Positions 52,291 to 63,590 of a stretch of DNA of 64,000 nt are shown here, piece after piece (positions within the stretch are counted from its first letter, which is position 1; every line of letters begins with the position of its first letter). The stretch lies in assembly GCA_963706575.1 (NCBI GenBank), contig CAVPNL010000006.1, forward strand, positions 768,001-832,000. The letters are read 5' to 3'. The position numbers and the translations under genes were made by a program. Origin of the DNA: an uncultured delta proteobacterium. Lineage in GTDB: Bacteria > Desulfobacterota > Desulfobacteria > Desulfobacterales > JAHEIW01. The notes below the pieces were generated by a model. The model ran no database searches and was not told the origin of the DNA. It saw nothing but the letters and a program-made list of their open reading frames with translations.

Positions 52291-53727
52291 TTATGAAGGC
52301 CTTGCCTTGATGAACCGGATAGCCTTCTTAAGCCTTGAAACGACCTTGTCCTTGCCCAGGATGGCGGTTACTTCAAAGATACCGGGGCTGGCGGTTTTAC
52401 CGGTCAGGGCCACGCGCACCGGTTGCGCGATTTTGCCCAGCTTGAGGCCGGTTTGGCCCATAACGGTCTTAAAGGCGGTTTCCAAATTTTTTTCGGAAAA
52501 ATCTTCCATTTTTTCAAACTGGTCGATCAACAGCTGCAAGGCTTCGACCGCCATCGGTTTTAAAAATTTTTTGGCCGCCTTTTCTTCATAGTCGATATCA
52601 TTTGCAAAATAAAACAAAGAAATTTCAGCCATTTCATCCAGGGTTTTGCTGCGGGCGTGCAGGGTCTCGATTACCTTTATCAGGAGGCCGTTGTCATAAA
52701 TCTCTATGCCGCGGCGCTTTAAAAAGGGCTGAAGGGGCCCCACGAGTTTTTCAGGAGGCATGGCCCGAATATGTTCGGCACTCAGCGATAAAAGCTTTTC
52801 CAGGTCAAAAACTCCGGCTGAACGCCCGATGTGCTCCAGATCAAACACCTCTATCAGCTCCTGGCGGGTAAAAAATTCCTGATCGCCATGGGACCAGCCC
52901 AGTCTGACCAGGTAGTTGAGCATGGCATCCGGCAGTATCCCCATATCGCGGTAGGCGGAAACCGATACGGCGCCATGGCGTTTGCTGAAGCGGCTTTTGT
53001 CTGTTCCCAGCACCATGGGCACATGGCCGAAAATCGGCAGCGGGCAATCCAGCGCATTATAGAGAAGGATTTGCTTGGGGGTATTCATCACGTGATCATC
53101 GCCGCGGATAACGGTGTTCACCTGCATGGTCATATCGTCGATCACCACGGCATAATTATAGGTGGGAATACCGTCGCTGCGGCACAGAATAAAATCATCC
53201 AGTTCATCATTTTGAAATACGATGTTGCCTTTGATCACATCTTCAATAACGGTTGTCCCGCTTAAAGGCGCTTTAAACCGTATCACCGCCCCGGGCGTTT
53301 TCGATAGTTCTTTATCGCGACAGGTGCCGTCATATTTCGGTTTGCCGCCGGTGGCCATGGCTTTTTGGCGCATGGCCTCAATCTCATCGGGCGAACAGGT
53401 GCAATAGTAGGCCCGGCCGGAATCGATGAGGCGTTCCAGATAGTCGCTGTAAATATCGAGGCGTTTGGTTTGATAGTAAGGACCTTCATCCCAGTCGATA
53501 CCCAGCCATTCAAGCGCTTCAAAAATAACGTCTATGGCCTCCTGGGTCGAGCGTTCGGTGTCGGTATCTTCGATACGCAAAATAAATTTTCCTTTCATGC
53601 GGCGGGCGTACAACCAGTTAAAGATAGCGGTACGCGCATTGCCGACATGCATGAAGCCGGTGGGGCTGGGTGGAAATCGTGTCACAACTGAATCATTTTT
53701 TATTTCCGCAATCATTTTAGCATTCAC
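52291..53727 (-). CDS. gltX: Glutamate--tRNA ligase
   Basis: TRFPPSPTGFMHVG, LRIEDTD, RGDDH, FSKRHG. Confidence 0.97.
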   Translation of the reverse strand: MNAKMIAEIKNDSVVTRFPPSPTGFMHVGNARTAIFNWLYARRMKGKFILRIEDTDTERSTQEAIDVIFEALEWLGIDWDEGPYYQTKRLDIYSDYLERLIDSGRAYYCTCSPDEIEAMRQKAMATGGKPKYDGTCRDKELSKTPGAVIRFKAPLSGTTVIEDVIKGNIVFQNDELDDFILCRSDGIPTYNYAVVIDDMTMQVNTVIRGDDHVMNTPKQILLYNALDCPLPIFGHVPMVLGTDKSRFSKRHGAVSVSAYRDMGILPDAMLNYLVRLGWSHGDQEFFTRQELIEVFDLEHIGRSAGVFDLEKLLSLSAEHIRAMPPEKLVGPLQPFLKRRGIEIYDNGLLIKVIETLHARSKTLDEMAEISLFYFANDIDYEEKAAKKFLKPMAVEALQLLIDQFEKMEDFSEKNLETAFKTVMGQTGLKLGKIAQPVRVALTGKTASPGIFEVTAILGKDKVVSRLKKAIRFIKARPS

Positions 53728-54112
53728 CTTTGTTTTGCCTACAAGCGTTTAATGAGTAAACTGTTAAGTAATTTTTAAAGCGCCGATTATCTGATCATCA
53801 ATATAAGATCTTGATTTGTTGATAAATTAATAATATAAATGAATTTACGAATCAATATCTAAGCCCTGTGCTGAGTAAGTAAATCAAACTTGTCAAGGAT
53901 TCTAATAATTTAGGTTGTTCGGCCGCTGGGATCTGCCGCTGAAAAACGATCGTGCTGTAACTTGGCTTCCGGAGATCGCCGTATTTTAGTATAAATTTAA
54001 TAAAATTAGATAGTTGTTTAGAATCAACAGCCATTTTGGGGGTGGTGCATTTCAATAACACAGAAGATTGTCAAGCACAAGAGAACAAATGGCAAAAAAC
54101 CGATGAAAACAC

Positions 54113-54141
54113 TTGACAATCGTTTCAAGATAAATTACTAG
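54113..54141 (+). promoter_or_regulatory. Putative sigma70 promoter for rpmF
   Basis: TTGACA-17 nt-TACTAG. Confidence 0.4.
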
Positions 54142-54211
54142 AAGCGCAACCTTAAATCTAGGTCGATTAAATTAAAATAAATATAGAATTCAGATTGTTA
54201 GGAGATTACTT

Positions 54212-54394
54212 ATGGCAGTTCCGAAACGGAAGAAATCAAAATCGAAGCGCGATAAGCGACGAACTCACCAAAAACTTACCGCAGTAAATACAGCCACTTG
54301 CCCGGAGTGTGGCGAAGCCACCCTGCCGCACCATGCATGCCCCAACTGTGGGTATTACAAGGGCCGTAAGGTCGTCGAAACCGAAGAAGACTAG
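54212..54394 (+). CDS. rpmF: 50S ribosomal protein L32
   Basis: [15 protein letters not shown]...[10 protein letters not shown]. Confidence 0.97.
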   Translation: MAVPKRKKSKSKRDKRRTHQKLTAVNTATCPECGEATLPHHACPNCGYYKGRKVVETEED

Positions 54395-54442
54395 TCTTTT
54401 ATTCCACAGTTAACAATTCAAATTTCAAAAGGACAGAATTCA

Positions 54443-56110
54443 ATGACCTCAGACAGGATGCCGACGGAAGGTGAACTTTACGGGTTGGATCCGGAATCCA
54501 GGCAGATGGTTCTGGATACGGTGGCACAGCTAAAAAAGCGTCTGCTGACACCGGAAAAAATTTTTGAATTTGATCGTGAAGAGATATTTCCTGAAGATAC
54601 CATTCGTGAAATGCTGGGCCCTGAAATTGGACTGCAGCTTTTGATGATCCCTGAAGAATATGGCGGTCTGGGTGGCGGTGCCCGTGACAGCTGCGCCATC
54701 ACCCGGGACATGGCCAAAATATGCCTGGGCATTACGACCGCGTTTTTTGCGATTCAACTGGGTGCGGATCCGATCATCGTCGGCGGCACCGAAGAGCAAA
54801 AACACAAATGGCTCGGGAAAATCGCCGCTGGAGAAGCACTTGTGGCTTACGCGGTAACCGAACCGGATGCCGGCAGCAATGTGGCTTCCATAAAAACCAA
54901 AGCCGATCCGGTTTTAAATGATGCCGGAGAAATCACCGGATATAAGATAAACGGCGCCAAGCAATTTATTTCCACCGGCGGATACGCTGAATTCATCACG
55001 CTGCTGGCCAACACCCCCGAGGGGGCCACCTTTTTTATCGTTGAAAAAGACACCGAGGGTTATATTCGCGGAAAAGGTGAAGAAAAGCATGGAATCCGGG
55101 CTTCAAATACGTCGCCGCTGACATTTACCGATGCTTTTGTGCCGGTGGAAAACATCATTGGCGGTGTAACCGGGCAGGGGCTCAAACAGGCCAGCAAGGT
55201 ATTCGGGTATACCCGGCTGATGGTGGCTTCGATGGCGCTGGGCGGCGGCGAATCCGCCCTGGATATCGTCATTCCGTATGCCAAGGAACGGATTCAATTT
55301 AAAACGCCGCTGTCGGAAAAACAGGGCTACACCCACAAGCTGGTTGTACCGCATGCCGTTCGGCTGGCGGCGGCCGCAAATTACATTGATGAGGTGGCCA
55401 TAAGATTGGATGCCCGCGAGCATGACCTCGAAGTCGAGGGTTCCATCGCCAAGCTGTTTGCAACCGAAACCGCCAACAAGGCTGCCGATGATGCCATGCA
55501 GGCTTTAGGCGGATACGGCTATATCACCGAATATGGCATTGAAAAAATAAAAAGAGATGTCAAAATTACCTGTATTTACGAGGGTACCAGTGAAATCCAG
55601 CAAAACATCATCAGTACCTTTCGCTGGAAAAAAACGCGGAAAACAAAAGGGGCCTTTTACGAAAGTCTGGCCGATGAAATGGATAAGCTCGAAGCCCAGT
55701 GCGGCGAGGCCGGATGCCGCTATATCGCCCTGGCGGCCCGTGCGTTAAACAAAACCGTTTTTTTGGTGAATGATAATCGACTGACCCGGGAACAGTATGT
55801 CATGTTTGCCCTGGCCGACATGATGATGCATGTGGAGGTGGCAGCCAGTCTGGTGCGGCAGGCAGCTGCAGTTAGCAGTGAAAATAATCCGGAGGCCGAG
55901 AAAACATGCCTTTTCTCACGCCTGTTCGCCCATGAAGCTGCCGAACTGGTATCCGCTAATATATTAAAAATATTGAGGGGTTCCGGCGTTTTTGAACCCG
56001 AGCAGGTATCGGCCTTTCTGGCGGAAACCTCGCACGCAGCCCTGGCGGATAGCTACCAGAACATCATTCCGGACATGAACCGCGCAGCTGACATTATATT
56101 TGATCGTTAA
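54443..56110 (+). CDS. Acyl-CoA dehydrogenase with C-terminal extension
   Basis: IPEEYGGLG, AVTEPDAGS, INGAKQFI, QALGGYGY, IYEGTSEIQ. Confidence 0.9.
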   Translation: MTSDRMPTEGELYGLDPESRQMVLDTVAQLKKRLLTPEKIFEFDREEIFPEDTIREMLGPEIGLQLLMIPEEYGGLGGGARDSCAITRDMAKICLGITTAFFAIQLGADPIIVGGTEEQKHKWLGKIAAGEALVAYAVTEPDAGSNVASIKTKADPVLNDAGEITGYKINGAKQFISTGGYAEFITLLANTPEGATFFIVEKDTEGYIRGKGEEKHGIRASNTSPLTFTDAFVPVENIIGGVTGQGLKQASKVFGYTRLMVASMALGGGESALDIVIPYAKERIQFKTPLSEKQGYTHKLVVPHAVRLAAAANYIDEVAIRLDAREHDLEVEGSIAKLFATETANKAADDAMQALGGYGYITEYGIEKIKRDVKITCIYEGTSEIQQNIISTFRWKKTRKTKGAFYESLADEMDKLEAQCGEAGCRYIALAARALNKTVFLVNDNRLTREQYVMFALADMMMHVEVAASLVRQAAAVSSENNPEAEKTCLFSRLFAHEAAELVSANILKILRGSGVFEPEQVSAFLAETSHAALADSYQNIIPDMNRAADIIFDR

Positions 56111-56198
56111 CCATTGCCCCAATTGAGTAAAAACCGAATTGGGCGTTATCGTTTTTTCGTTTTTCGTTATTTGTTAATCGTTTAAAAGGGAGGCAAAA

Positions 56199-56930
56199 TT
56201 GCGATTCGAAAACAAAGTGGTGATGGTTACCGGAGGAGCCGCTGGAATCGGTCTGGTCACGGCTGAAAACTTTGCCAACGAGGGCGCCAGGGTTGCGATT
56301 TGCGACGTCAACCCGGAAGCGGGAGAAGCTGCAGCAAAGGCACTGGGCTCCGAAGCCTCTTTCGAACAGGTCGACGTTGCCAGCAGTGCGGCCGTATCCG
56401 GCTGGATAGAGGGCGTTTTTGAAAAATACGGGCAAATTGATGTGATGGTTAACAATGCCGGGATCACGCGCGACGGTCTCATCATGCGCATGAAGGAGGA
56501 AGACTGGGATGCGGTGATCAGCGTCAACCTCAAAAGCGCATTTAACTGCATCAAGGCTGTTTCCAAGATAATGGTCAAGCAGCGTTCGGGCAGGATTATC
56601 AATCTGGCTTCGGTCGTAGGGGTGATGGGCAATCCCGGTCAGGCCAATTATGTGGCCTCAAAGGCCGGTATGATTGGTCTTACCAAAACGGTGGCCAAGG
56701 AACTTGGCGCCAGAGGCATTACCGTAAACGCCGTTGCACCGGGTTTTATCGAAACCGATATGACAGCTGTGCTGTCTGACAAAGTCAAAGAGGCCATGCT
56801 GGCTACGATACCTTTACAAAGAGCCGGCAGCCCCCAGGATGTGGCTGATGCCATTACATTTCTGGCTTCAGACCAGGCGGCTTATATTACCGGTCAGGTC
56901 ATACACGTCACCGGAGGGATGTACATGTAA
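56199..56930 (+). CDS. fabG: 3-oxoacyl-ACP reductase
   Basis: TGGAAGIG, NNAGITRD, YVASK, PGFIETDMT; next to acpP; TTG start after GGAGG. Confidence 0.93.
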   Translation: MRFENKVVMVTGGAAGIGLVTAENFANEGARVAICDVNPEAGEAAAKALGSEASFEQVDVASSAAVSGWIEGVFEKYGQIDVMVNNAGITRDGLIMRMKEEDWDAVISVNLKSAFNCIKAVSKIMVKQRSGRIINLASVVGVMGNPGQANYVASKAGMIGLTKTVAKELGARGITVNAVAPGFIETDMTAVLSDKVKEAMLATIPLQRAGSPQDVADAITFLASDQAAYITGQVIHVTGGMYM

Positions 56931-57074
56931 AAGCGGATTCAAAAATTCATCTCGCACCAAATAGCCGCGTTCCGCTCCGGCAAAAAATGCTCACGTACTG
57001 CCGTGTACGCTCCGCTTTTTTTCCGGAGCGCGCCTTGCTCTTTGGCACGATCTAAAATTTTGAATCCGCTTTTA
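56928..57074. mobile_element. MITE-like element
   Basis: Perfect 17-bp TIR TAAAAGCGGATTCAAAA / TTTTGAATCCGCTTTTA; begins at the fabG stop codon. Confidence 0.75.
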
Positions 57075-57079
57075 GAAGT

Positions 57080-57208
57080 TTTAAAACGGCCATCTTTTGA
57101 CCGAATACGGCGTTGCGCGAAGGAGAAAACCGCTAACGTACCAAATGTACGCGGCGCGATTTTCTCCTTCCCGCGCCTTGTCTTCGGCCAAAACCTGACC
57201 GTTTAAAA
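57080..57208. mobile_element. Second MITE-like element
   Basis: TTTAAAACGG...TTTTGACCGAA / TTCGGCCAAAA...CCGTTTAAAA with internal CGTAC..GTACG hairpin. Confidence 0.55.
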
Positions 57209-57296
57209 GCCAATTCACATTGATTAACAGTTTTTTAAACTGAACTTGCAATTACAATTATTTTTGACCGGCTTTGGCCGGTAAGGAGGAAATGAG

Positions 57297-57524
57297 ATGT
57301 CTGTTGAGGAGAAAGTAAAAAAGATCATTGCTGAAAAACTGAGCGTTGAATTGGAAGAAGTTGTTCCTGAAGCCTCATTCGTGGATGATTTGGGGGCAGA
57401 TTCACTTGATCTCGTCGAGTTGATTATGTCCATGGAAGAGGAATTTGATACGGAAATTTCTGACGAAGATGCCGAGCAAATTACCACGGTTCAGGACGCC
57501 ATCGATTACGTTAATAAACAGTAG
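57297..57524 (+). CDS. acpP: Acyl carrier protein
   Basis: [12 protein letters not shown]. Confidence 0.97.
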   Translation: MSVEEKVKKIIAEKLSVELEEVVPEASFVDDLGADSLDLVELIMSMEEEFDTEISDEDAEQITTVQDAIDYVNKQ

Positions 57525-57599
57525 GCATCCATTTTTATATCAAATTTTGTGTAAGTATCGGCTAACAGCATCGTTCTGCTGCTCAAACAAGGAGGTCTT

Positions 57600-58845
57600 T
57601 TGAACAGGCGGGTCGTCGTTACAGGTATGGGATTAATTACCCCGGTTGGGATTGGAGTCGAGGACAGCTGGTCGGCTATCTGCGCCGGTAAATCGGGCGT
57701 ATCTGAAATAACTCAATTCGACGCATCGGCGTATCAGACCCGAATTGCCGCTGAGGTAAAGGGGTTTAATGCCGAAGATTTCATGCCCAAAAAAGATGCC
57801 AAACGCAACGAGCTGTTTATATCGTATGCAATGGCAGCAACGCGTATGGCACTGGAAGATTCCGGTCTGAAGATCAACAGCGCCAATGCAAACCGTATCG
57901 GTGTGGTTACCGGCTGCGGCCTTGGCGGCCTTGGAATTATGGAAGATACGATTCTCAATGTTGCCACCAAAGGTCCCCGGCGGGTGAGCCCGTTTTTTAT
58001 TCCCATGATGATCGGCAATATGGCACCGGGAATGATTTCCATCCACTTTGGAGCCAAAGGCCCGAATTTGTCCCTTGCCACTGCTTGTGCGGCCGGCGCA
58101 CATGCGATTGGCGACTCCTTTCAAATGATTCAAAACGGTCGCGTCGATGCCATGATTACCGGCGGAACCGAGGCGGTGGTTTCACCGACCGCTATTGCCG
58201 GTTTCAACGCCATGAAAGCGCTCTCGACCCGCAACGATGAACCGCCAAAAAGCCTCACGGCCTTTTGAGCGGGATCGCGACGGTTTTGTGATTGGTGAAG
58301 GCAGCGGGATTTTGATCCTCGAAGCCCTTGATCATGCCCTGGAAAGAGGTGCCCATATCTATGCCGAGCTGGTGGGCTTCGGGCTGACCGGCGACGGTTA
58401 CCACATGACTTCGCCGTGTCCGGATGGCGACGGTGCGGTGCGCTGCATGCAGGCGGCCCTGGATGACGCCGGTATTGCTGCCGGGCAGGTGGATTACATC
58501 AATGCCCATGGCACTTCCACCGAGCTCAACGATCTGTACGAAACCCGGGCGGTGAAAACCGTATTTAAAGACCATGCCTATAAAGTGGCGATCAGCTCCA
58601 CCAAATCGATGACCGGTCATGTGCTGGGCGGCGCCGGCGGTATAGAGACGGTGTTCAGTGCCTTGAGTATCTATCACGATATGATCCCGCCCACCATTAA
58701 TTATGAGAATCCGGCGGAAGAATGCGATCTGGACTACGTGCCCAATGTTGCCCGCCAGAAGACGGTCAACGTGGCCATGACCAATTCTTTCGGTTTCGGC
58801 GGAACCAACGCCACGCTGATTTTGAGAAAATACACCGATCAATAG
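57600..58845 (+). CDS. fabF: Beta-ketoacyl-ACP synthase II, with an apparent +1 frameshift near 58246
   Basis: [26 protein letters not shown]; halves join at GAACCGCCAAAAAGCC (..EPQKASRPF..). Confidence 0.92.
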
Positions 58846-58921
58846 CCGCTCGTACGGCCTTTGATATTCACTCAAAAGCATCATATAAGGGATGTGGCAC
58901 AGAGCACACATAGAATTAATG

Positions 58922-59044
58922 GGTTTCAGGTGTCAGTGTTCAGGTGTCAGCAAAAAGATGACGGGAGACGAAAAAAGAATTAAGATTTGACGCTTCTTCT
59001 TCCAGTTTTTTCCATCTGTTTTCTGACACCTGACACCTGAAACC
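58922..59044. repeat. 7-nt periodic inverted-repeat element (TTTCAGG/TGTCAGG family)
   Basis: GGTTTCAGGTGTCAGTGTTCAGGTGTCAG ... CTGACACCTGACACCTGAAACC. Confidence 0.8.
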
Positions 59045-59116
59045 TACTTATTGCAGAAACCTCATACCTGGAATTTGTTGCCTTACTCAGTTGGCAATAT
59101 CTATGAATGTATCTTT

Positions 59117-59149
59117 AATGGCAAGGCACTTTCGGCCTTGCCATTTTTT
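59117..59149 (+). terminator. Intrinsic terminator downstream of the fab genes
   Basis: AATGGCAAGGC-loop-GCCTTGCCATT followed by a T run. Confidence 0.7.
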
Positions 59150-59237
59150 CGCTTGCGGTAATATGGTTTGACCTATATTATCAAAGTTAATCTTTTTATC
59201 AGACCTTCGGATGAAGTAAAAGGAGAAAATTAATTTA

Positions 59238-59717
59238 ATGGTACCGGATAATCCTCGACCTTCCTGGGAAGATTATTTTATGGATATTGCGATGCTCGTC
59301 GCCAGGCGTTCGACCTGTCTCAGGCGAGCAGTTGGGGCGATTATTGTAAAAGATAAACGGATACTATCAACCGGCTATAATGGGGCGCCCACCGGTGTGC
59401 GCCACTGTGCTGAAGTGGGGTGTTTGCGCGAAAAATTAGGGATTGAATCCGGCAAAATGCATGAATTGTGCCGCGGCATTCATGCGGAACAAAATGCTAT
59501 TATCCAGGCGGCTTATCATGGCGTATCTTTGAAAGGCGCCAGTGTATTTTGCACCAACTTGCCCTGTTCAATATGCGCAAAGATGATCATTAATGCAGGA
59601 ATTGATAAAATTTATTATCGTTCGGGTTATGCAGACGAATTATCGAAGGACATGTTGCAAGAAGCCCATATCGAGCTGATCCATCTTGAAACCAAACAGC
59701 AGGGAGAAGACTCATGA
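59238..59717 (+). CDS. dCMP/cytidine deaminase family protein (ComEB-like)
   Basis: [32 protein letters not shown]. Confidence 0.92.
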   Translation: MVPDNPRPSWEDYFMDIAMLVARRSTCLRRAVGAIIVKDKRILSTGYNGAPTGVRHCAEVGCLREKLGIESGKMHELCRGIHAEQNAIIQAAYHGVSLKGASVFCTNLPCSICAKMIINAGIDKIYYRSGYADELSKDMLQEAHIELIHLETKQQGEDS

Positions 59718-60172
59718 AGTGTCCGTACTGCGGGGAGATCGACAATAAGGTCATTGATTCCAGATTGAGTAAAGATGCCAGCGTTATCCGCCGCCGCCGG
59801 GAATGTATCGTATGCAGCCGCCGATTTACAACCTACGAGCATATTGAAGAAATTCCGATTATGATTGTTAAAAAGGACGGCCGGCGCGAAGTGTTCAACC
59901 GGGAAAAAGTGCGCTCCGGGCTGAAAAAAGCATGTCAAAAGCGGAATATCAGCGTCAATGTGATTGAAGAATTTATTGATGATCTGGAGCGGGATCTCAG
60001 AGAGACGGGCGAAAAAGAAATACCGGCCTCTTTTCTTGGGGAAAAGATCATGACAATGCTGCATGAACTCGATGACGTGGCCTATGTTCGTTTTGCCTCG
60101 GTTTACCGGGAATTTAAGGATGTCAACGACTTTGTCTCCGAGCTCAAAACCCTGCTCAGTAAACAGGAGTGA
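59714..60172 (+). CDS. nrdR: Transcriptional repressor NrdR
   Basis: [30 protein letters not shown]. Confidence 0.97.
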   Translation: MKCPYCGEIDNKVIDSRLSKDASVIRRRRECIVCSRRFTTYEHIEEIPIMIVKKDGRREVFNREKVRSGLKKACQKRNISVNVIEEFIDDLERDLRETGEKEIPASFLGEKIMTMLHELDDVAYVRFASVYREFKDVNDFVSELKTLLSKQE

Positions 60173-60178
60173 TTTTTA

Positions 60179-60271
60179 ACAGAAAACAGATGTCAGAAAA
60201 CAGAAGACAGAAAGTGAAAATTTATTCATCGTGTTCTGTCATCTGACTTCTGCCGTCTGTCATCTGACATC
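60179..60271. repeat. 7-nt periodic inverted-repeat element (ACAGAAA/TCTGAC family)
   Basis: CAGAAAACAGATGTCAGAAAACAGAAGACAG ... TCTGTCATCTGACTTCTG...TCTGTCATCTGACATCTG. Confidence 0.75.
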
Positions 60272-60279
60272 TGGAGCTT

Positions 60280-61379
60280 ATGGATCACGAATTTTTTATG
60301 AAAAAGGCCTTGGCCCTTGCAAAAAAGGGGCAAGGCTATACTTCGCCCAACCCGATGGTCGGAGCCGTCATTGTCAAAGACGGCGAAGTGAAAGGCAAGG
60401 GATATCATCAAGTTGTCGGTCAGGCGCATGCTGAGGTTAATGCCATTGCGGATGCCGGCACCCGAGGCCAAAGGCGCCACGCTGTATGTAAATTTGGAGC
60501 CCTGCAATCACACAGGCAGAACGCCTCCCTGCACCCGCAAAATTACTTGAAGCGGGTATTAAGCGCGTCGTGGTGGCCCTGAACGACCCGAACACCATCG
60601 CCGGTGGCGGCTCCGTTTTTTTAAAGCAGAACGGCATTGATGTTATAACAGGTGTATGTGAAAACCAGGCTGCGAGGCTCAACGAGGCCTTCCTAAAATA
60701 TGTGAATACAAAAGGCCCGTTTGTTACGATCAAATGCGCGGCTACCCTGGATGGGCGCATCGCTACCCGCAGCGGTGATTCCAAGTGGGTGACCGGGGAA
60801 AAAGCGCGCAGATACGTGCACCGGCTGCGACATGCCGTTGATGCTATTTTGGTGGGCATCGGAACGATCCATGCCGACAATCCGAACCTGACCACGCGTT
60901 TGGATTCGAATAAGGGGGCAGATCCGGTTCGAATTGTTCTTGATACACGTCTATCCATCTCACCGGATGCCAGAATATTGAAGCTGGACTCCAATTCTGA
61001 TACGATCCTCGTCACCGGCAATACGGTATCTGAAGCGAAGAAGAAAAAGGTTGCGAAAAAAGGGGTGCGCCTAATCGCGCAGCCGCTTAAAAATGGTCAA
61101 ATTGAGATGAAACCCCTGATGGTTCAGCTGGGTTCAATGGGTATCACCAGCCTTTTAGTTGAAGGTGGCAGCCGCGTGATTGCTTCGGCATTTCGCAGCG
61201 GTATTGTCGATAAGGCACTCTTTTTTTATGCGCCAAAAATTTTGGGAGGCGATGACGGCATACCCATTTGCCGGGGACCGGGACCGCAGCTGATGAAAGA
61301 CTGTATCCGGGCTACAAATATCCGTGTCCGCAGATTTGACGATGATGTTATGATTGAAGCATACATTGAAAAACAGTGA
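60280..61379 (+). CDS. ribD: Riboflavin biosynthesis deaminase/reductase, with two apparent +1 frameshifts (~60460, ~60545)
   Basis: [12 protein letters not shown], out-of-frame [25 protein letters not shown]. Confidence 0.9.
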
Positions 61380-61492
61380 TTCGGACTTATATTTTAGCAC
61401 TGAAAACAGGGGGTCGCCTGAAATACCACCTTGCGATGTAATTAAGTTCGTTTCGAAAAACGACACTTAATGGATAATGGTTAGTGGATATT

Positions 61493-62157
61493 ATGTTTAC
61501 TGGAATTATTGAAGGTCTGGGAACCATTGGCGCCATACGGCCTGACGGTCAGGGAAAACGCCTGACGATTGAGGCGGATTATGCCCTGGATCAAACTAAA
61601 ATCGGCGATAGCATTGCGGTAAACGGTGCCTGTCTGACGGTTGTAAAAATTAACGGTTCAAGGTTTGAAGTGGATCTTTCGCCCGAGACACTGGCAACGT
61701 CCACTTTTGGCAAGGCCAAGCAGGGCGACCGCTTAAACCTTGAACGCGCAATGCGATTGTCCGATCGCATTGACGGGCATTTGGTCTTGGGTCACGTCGA
61801 TGGTATCGGCATCATTCAGCAGCAGGAGAAACTGGGAAATGCCATTGGCGTTACCATTGCCGTGCCGGAGGCCGTTTCGCGATATATGATCCACAAAGGC
61901 TCGGTTGCCGTAGATGGCATCAGTTTGACCATCAACGCGTGGCGCCCAAAAGCGTTACGGTCAGCATTATTCCGCATACCGGCCGATTAACGACCATTGG
62001 AATGAAGCAAAAGGGGCCGCCGGTTAATATCGAAACCGATATGATCGGCAAATATGTCGAACGATTTATGCGGGGCGAATCGATGCCTGACAGCGAAAAA
62101 TCGACGATATCCCCCGGTATTGATATGGAATTTTTAGCCAAGTCCGGGTTTTTATAA
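61493..62157 (+). CDS. ribE: Riboflavin synthase alpha chain, with an apparent 1-nt deletion near 61941
   Basis: MFTGII, GDSIAVNGACLT, NLERA, GHVD, KGSVAVDGISLT, then IIPHT...NIETD in the next frame. Confidence 0.9.
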
Positions 62158-62268
62158 GATTTTTTGGGAGAGAAGCAGAATTCGAAGCGATAATTTTAGC
62201 ATAATTTTCTTGCGCCTTTGAACCTTTGGATGAATTGTAAAAAAGAAAACTTAGGAGATCAATAACCC

Positions 62269-63483
62269 ATGCCACATCTGACAATTGAACAAGCGATTCG
62301 AGATATCAAAGATGGCAAGATGGTCATCTTGGTGGATGATGAAGATCGTGAAAACGAGGGCGATCTTTGTATGGCGGCTGAAAAGGTGACACCGGAAGCC
62401 ATCAACTTTATGGCAACTTATGGCAGAGGTCTTGTCTGCCTGGCGATGACCGCGCAGAAATGCGATTCGCTGGATTTGCCCCCGATGGTCGACAATAATA
62501 CCTCACCCTTTGGGACCGGTTTCACGGTGTCGATAGAAGCCCGTTGCGGCGTGAGCACCGGTATTTCAGCGCATGACCGTGCGACCACTATTTTGACGGC
62601 CGTTGCCGATGATTGCCAACCCAGGGACCTGGTGCGGCCGGGGCATATATTTCCGTTAAGAGCGAAAAGCGGCGGGGTGATTGTGCGGGCCGGTCAGACG
62701 GAAGGCTCGGTGGATCTCGCCCGTTTAGCCGGGTTGACATCCGCCGGAGTGATTTGTGAAGTGATGGACGAAGACGGGACGATGGCCCGCATGCCGGCGC
62801 TGGAAAAGTTCAGTGAAAAACACGGGGTCGGTATCTGTACCATCGAAGATTTAATTGAATACCGCATGCGGACGGAGTCCTTTGTTCGCCGTTCCGCAGA
62901 AACGGTTATCCCCACCGCGATCGGTGGTGAATTTAAAGCCATTGTGTATGAAAATGATGTCGATAATCTATTACACATTGCGATGGTCAAAGGCGAGATT
63001 GATTCTGAAAAACCGGTATTGGTGCGGGTGCATTCCGAGTGCCTGACCGGAGACATTTTCGGTTCCCTGCGATGCGACTGCGGGCCACAGCTGTACCGGG
63101 CTCTGCAAATGATTGAAGCGGATCAAAGCGGCGTTCTGCTTTACATTCGGCAGGAGGGCCGTGGCATCGGGCTTGTCAACAAAATCAAGGCCTACGCCTT
63201 GCAGGACCAGGGGTTGGATACCGTCGAGGCCAACGAAGAGCTCGGATTTAACCCGGATATGCGCAATTACGGTATCGGGGCGCAAATCCTGGTCGATCTG
63301 GGTGTTCGCAAAATGAGGCTGATGACCAACAACCCTAAAAAAATGGTGGGCCTTGACGGGTACGGGCTCAGTATTGTTGAGCAGGTTCCGATTGAAGTCC
63401 CGCCCAATGAGTACAATAAGTGTTATCTGGAATGTAAGAAATTAAAAATGGGGCATCTGTTGAATATTGATGCGGCACCTTAA
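62269..63483 (+). CDS. ribBA: Bifunctional DHBP synthase / GTP cyclohydrolase II
   Basis: [35 protein letters not shown]. Confidence 0.97.
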   Translation: MPHLTIEQAIRDIKDGKMVILVDDEDRENEGDLCMAAEKVTPEAINFMATYGRGLVCLAMTAQKCDSLDLPPMVDNNTSPFGTGFTVSIEARCGVSTGISAHDRATTILTAVADDCQPRDLVRPGHIFPLRAKSGGVIVRAGQTEGSVDLARLAGLTSAGVICEVMDEDGTMARMPALEKFSEKHGVGICTIEDLIEYRMRTESFVRRSAETVIPTAIGGEFKAIVYENDVDNLLHIAMVKGEIDSEKPVLVRVHSECLTGDIFGSLRCDCGPQLYRALQMIEADQSGVLLYIRQEGRGIGLVNKIKAYALQDQGLDTVEANEELGFNPDMRNYGIGAQILVDLGVRKMRLMTNNPKKMVGLDGYGLSIVEQVPIEVPPNEYNKCYLECKKLKMGHLLNIDAAP

Positions 63484-63590
63484 GGAACCCCGGTAAAATC
63501 CCGGTTCATAAAATAGTGAAGGGTAATTTTGCTTGTAAAAAGTGAATTTTATGCCCTTGGTGGCTAAACTCTATTCTGAAAGGAGTTTTT

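Noticed and set aside
60172..60280. FMN riboswitch upstream of the rib genes
   Set aside because: No RFN consensus; the interval is a heptamer repeat element
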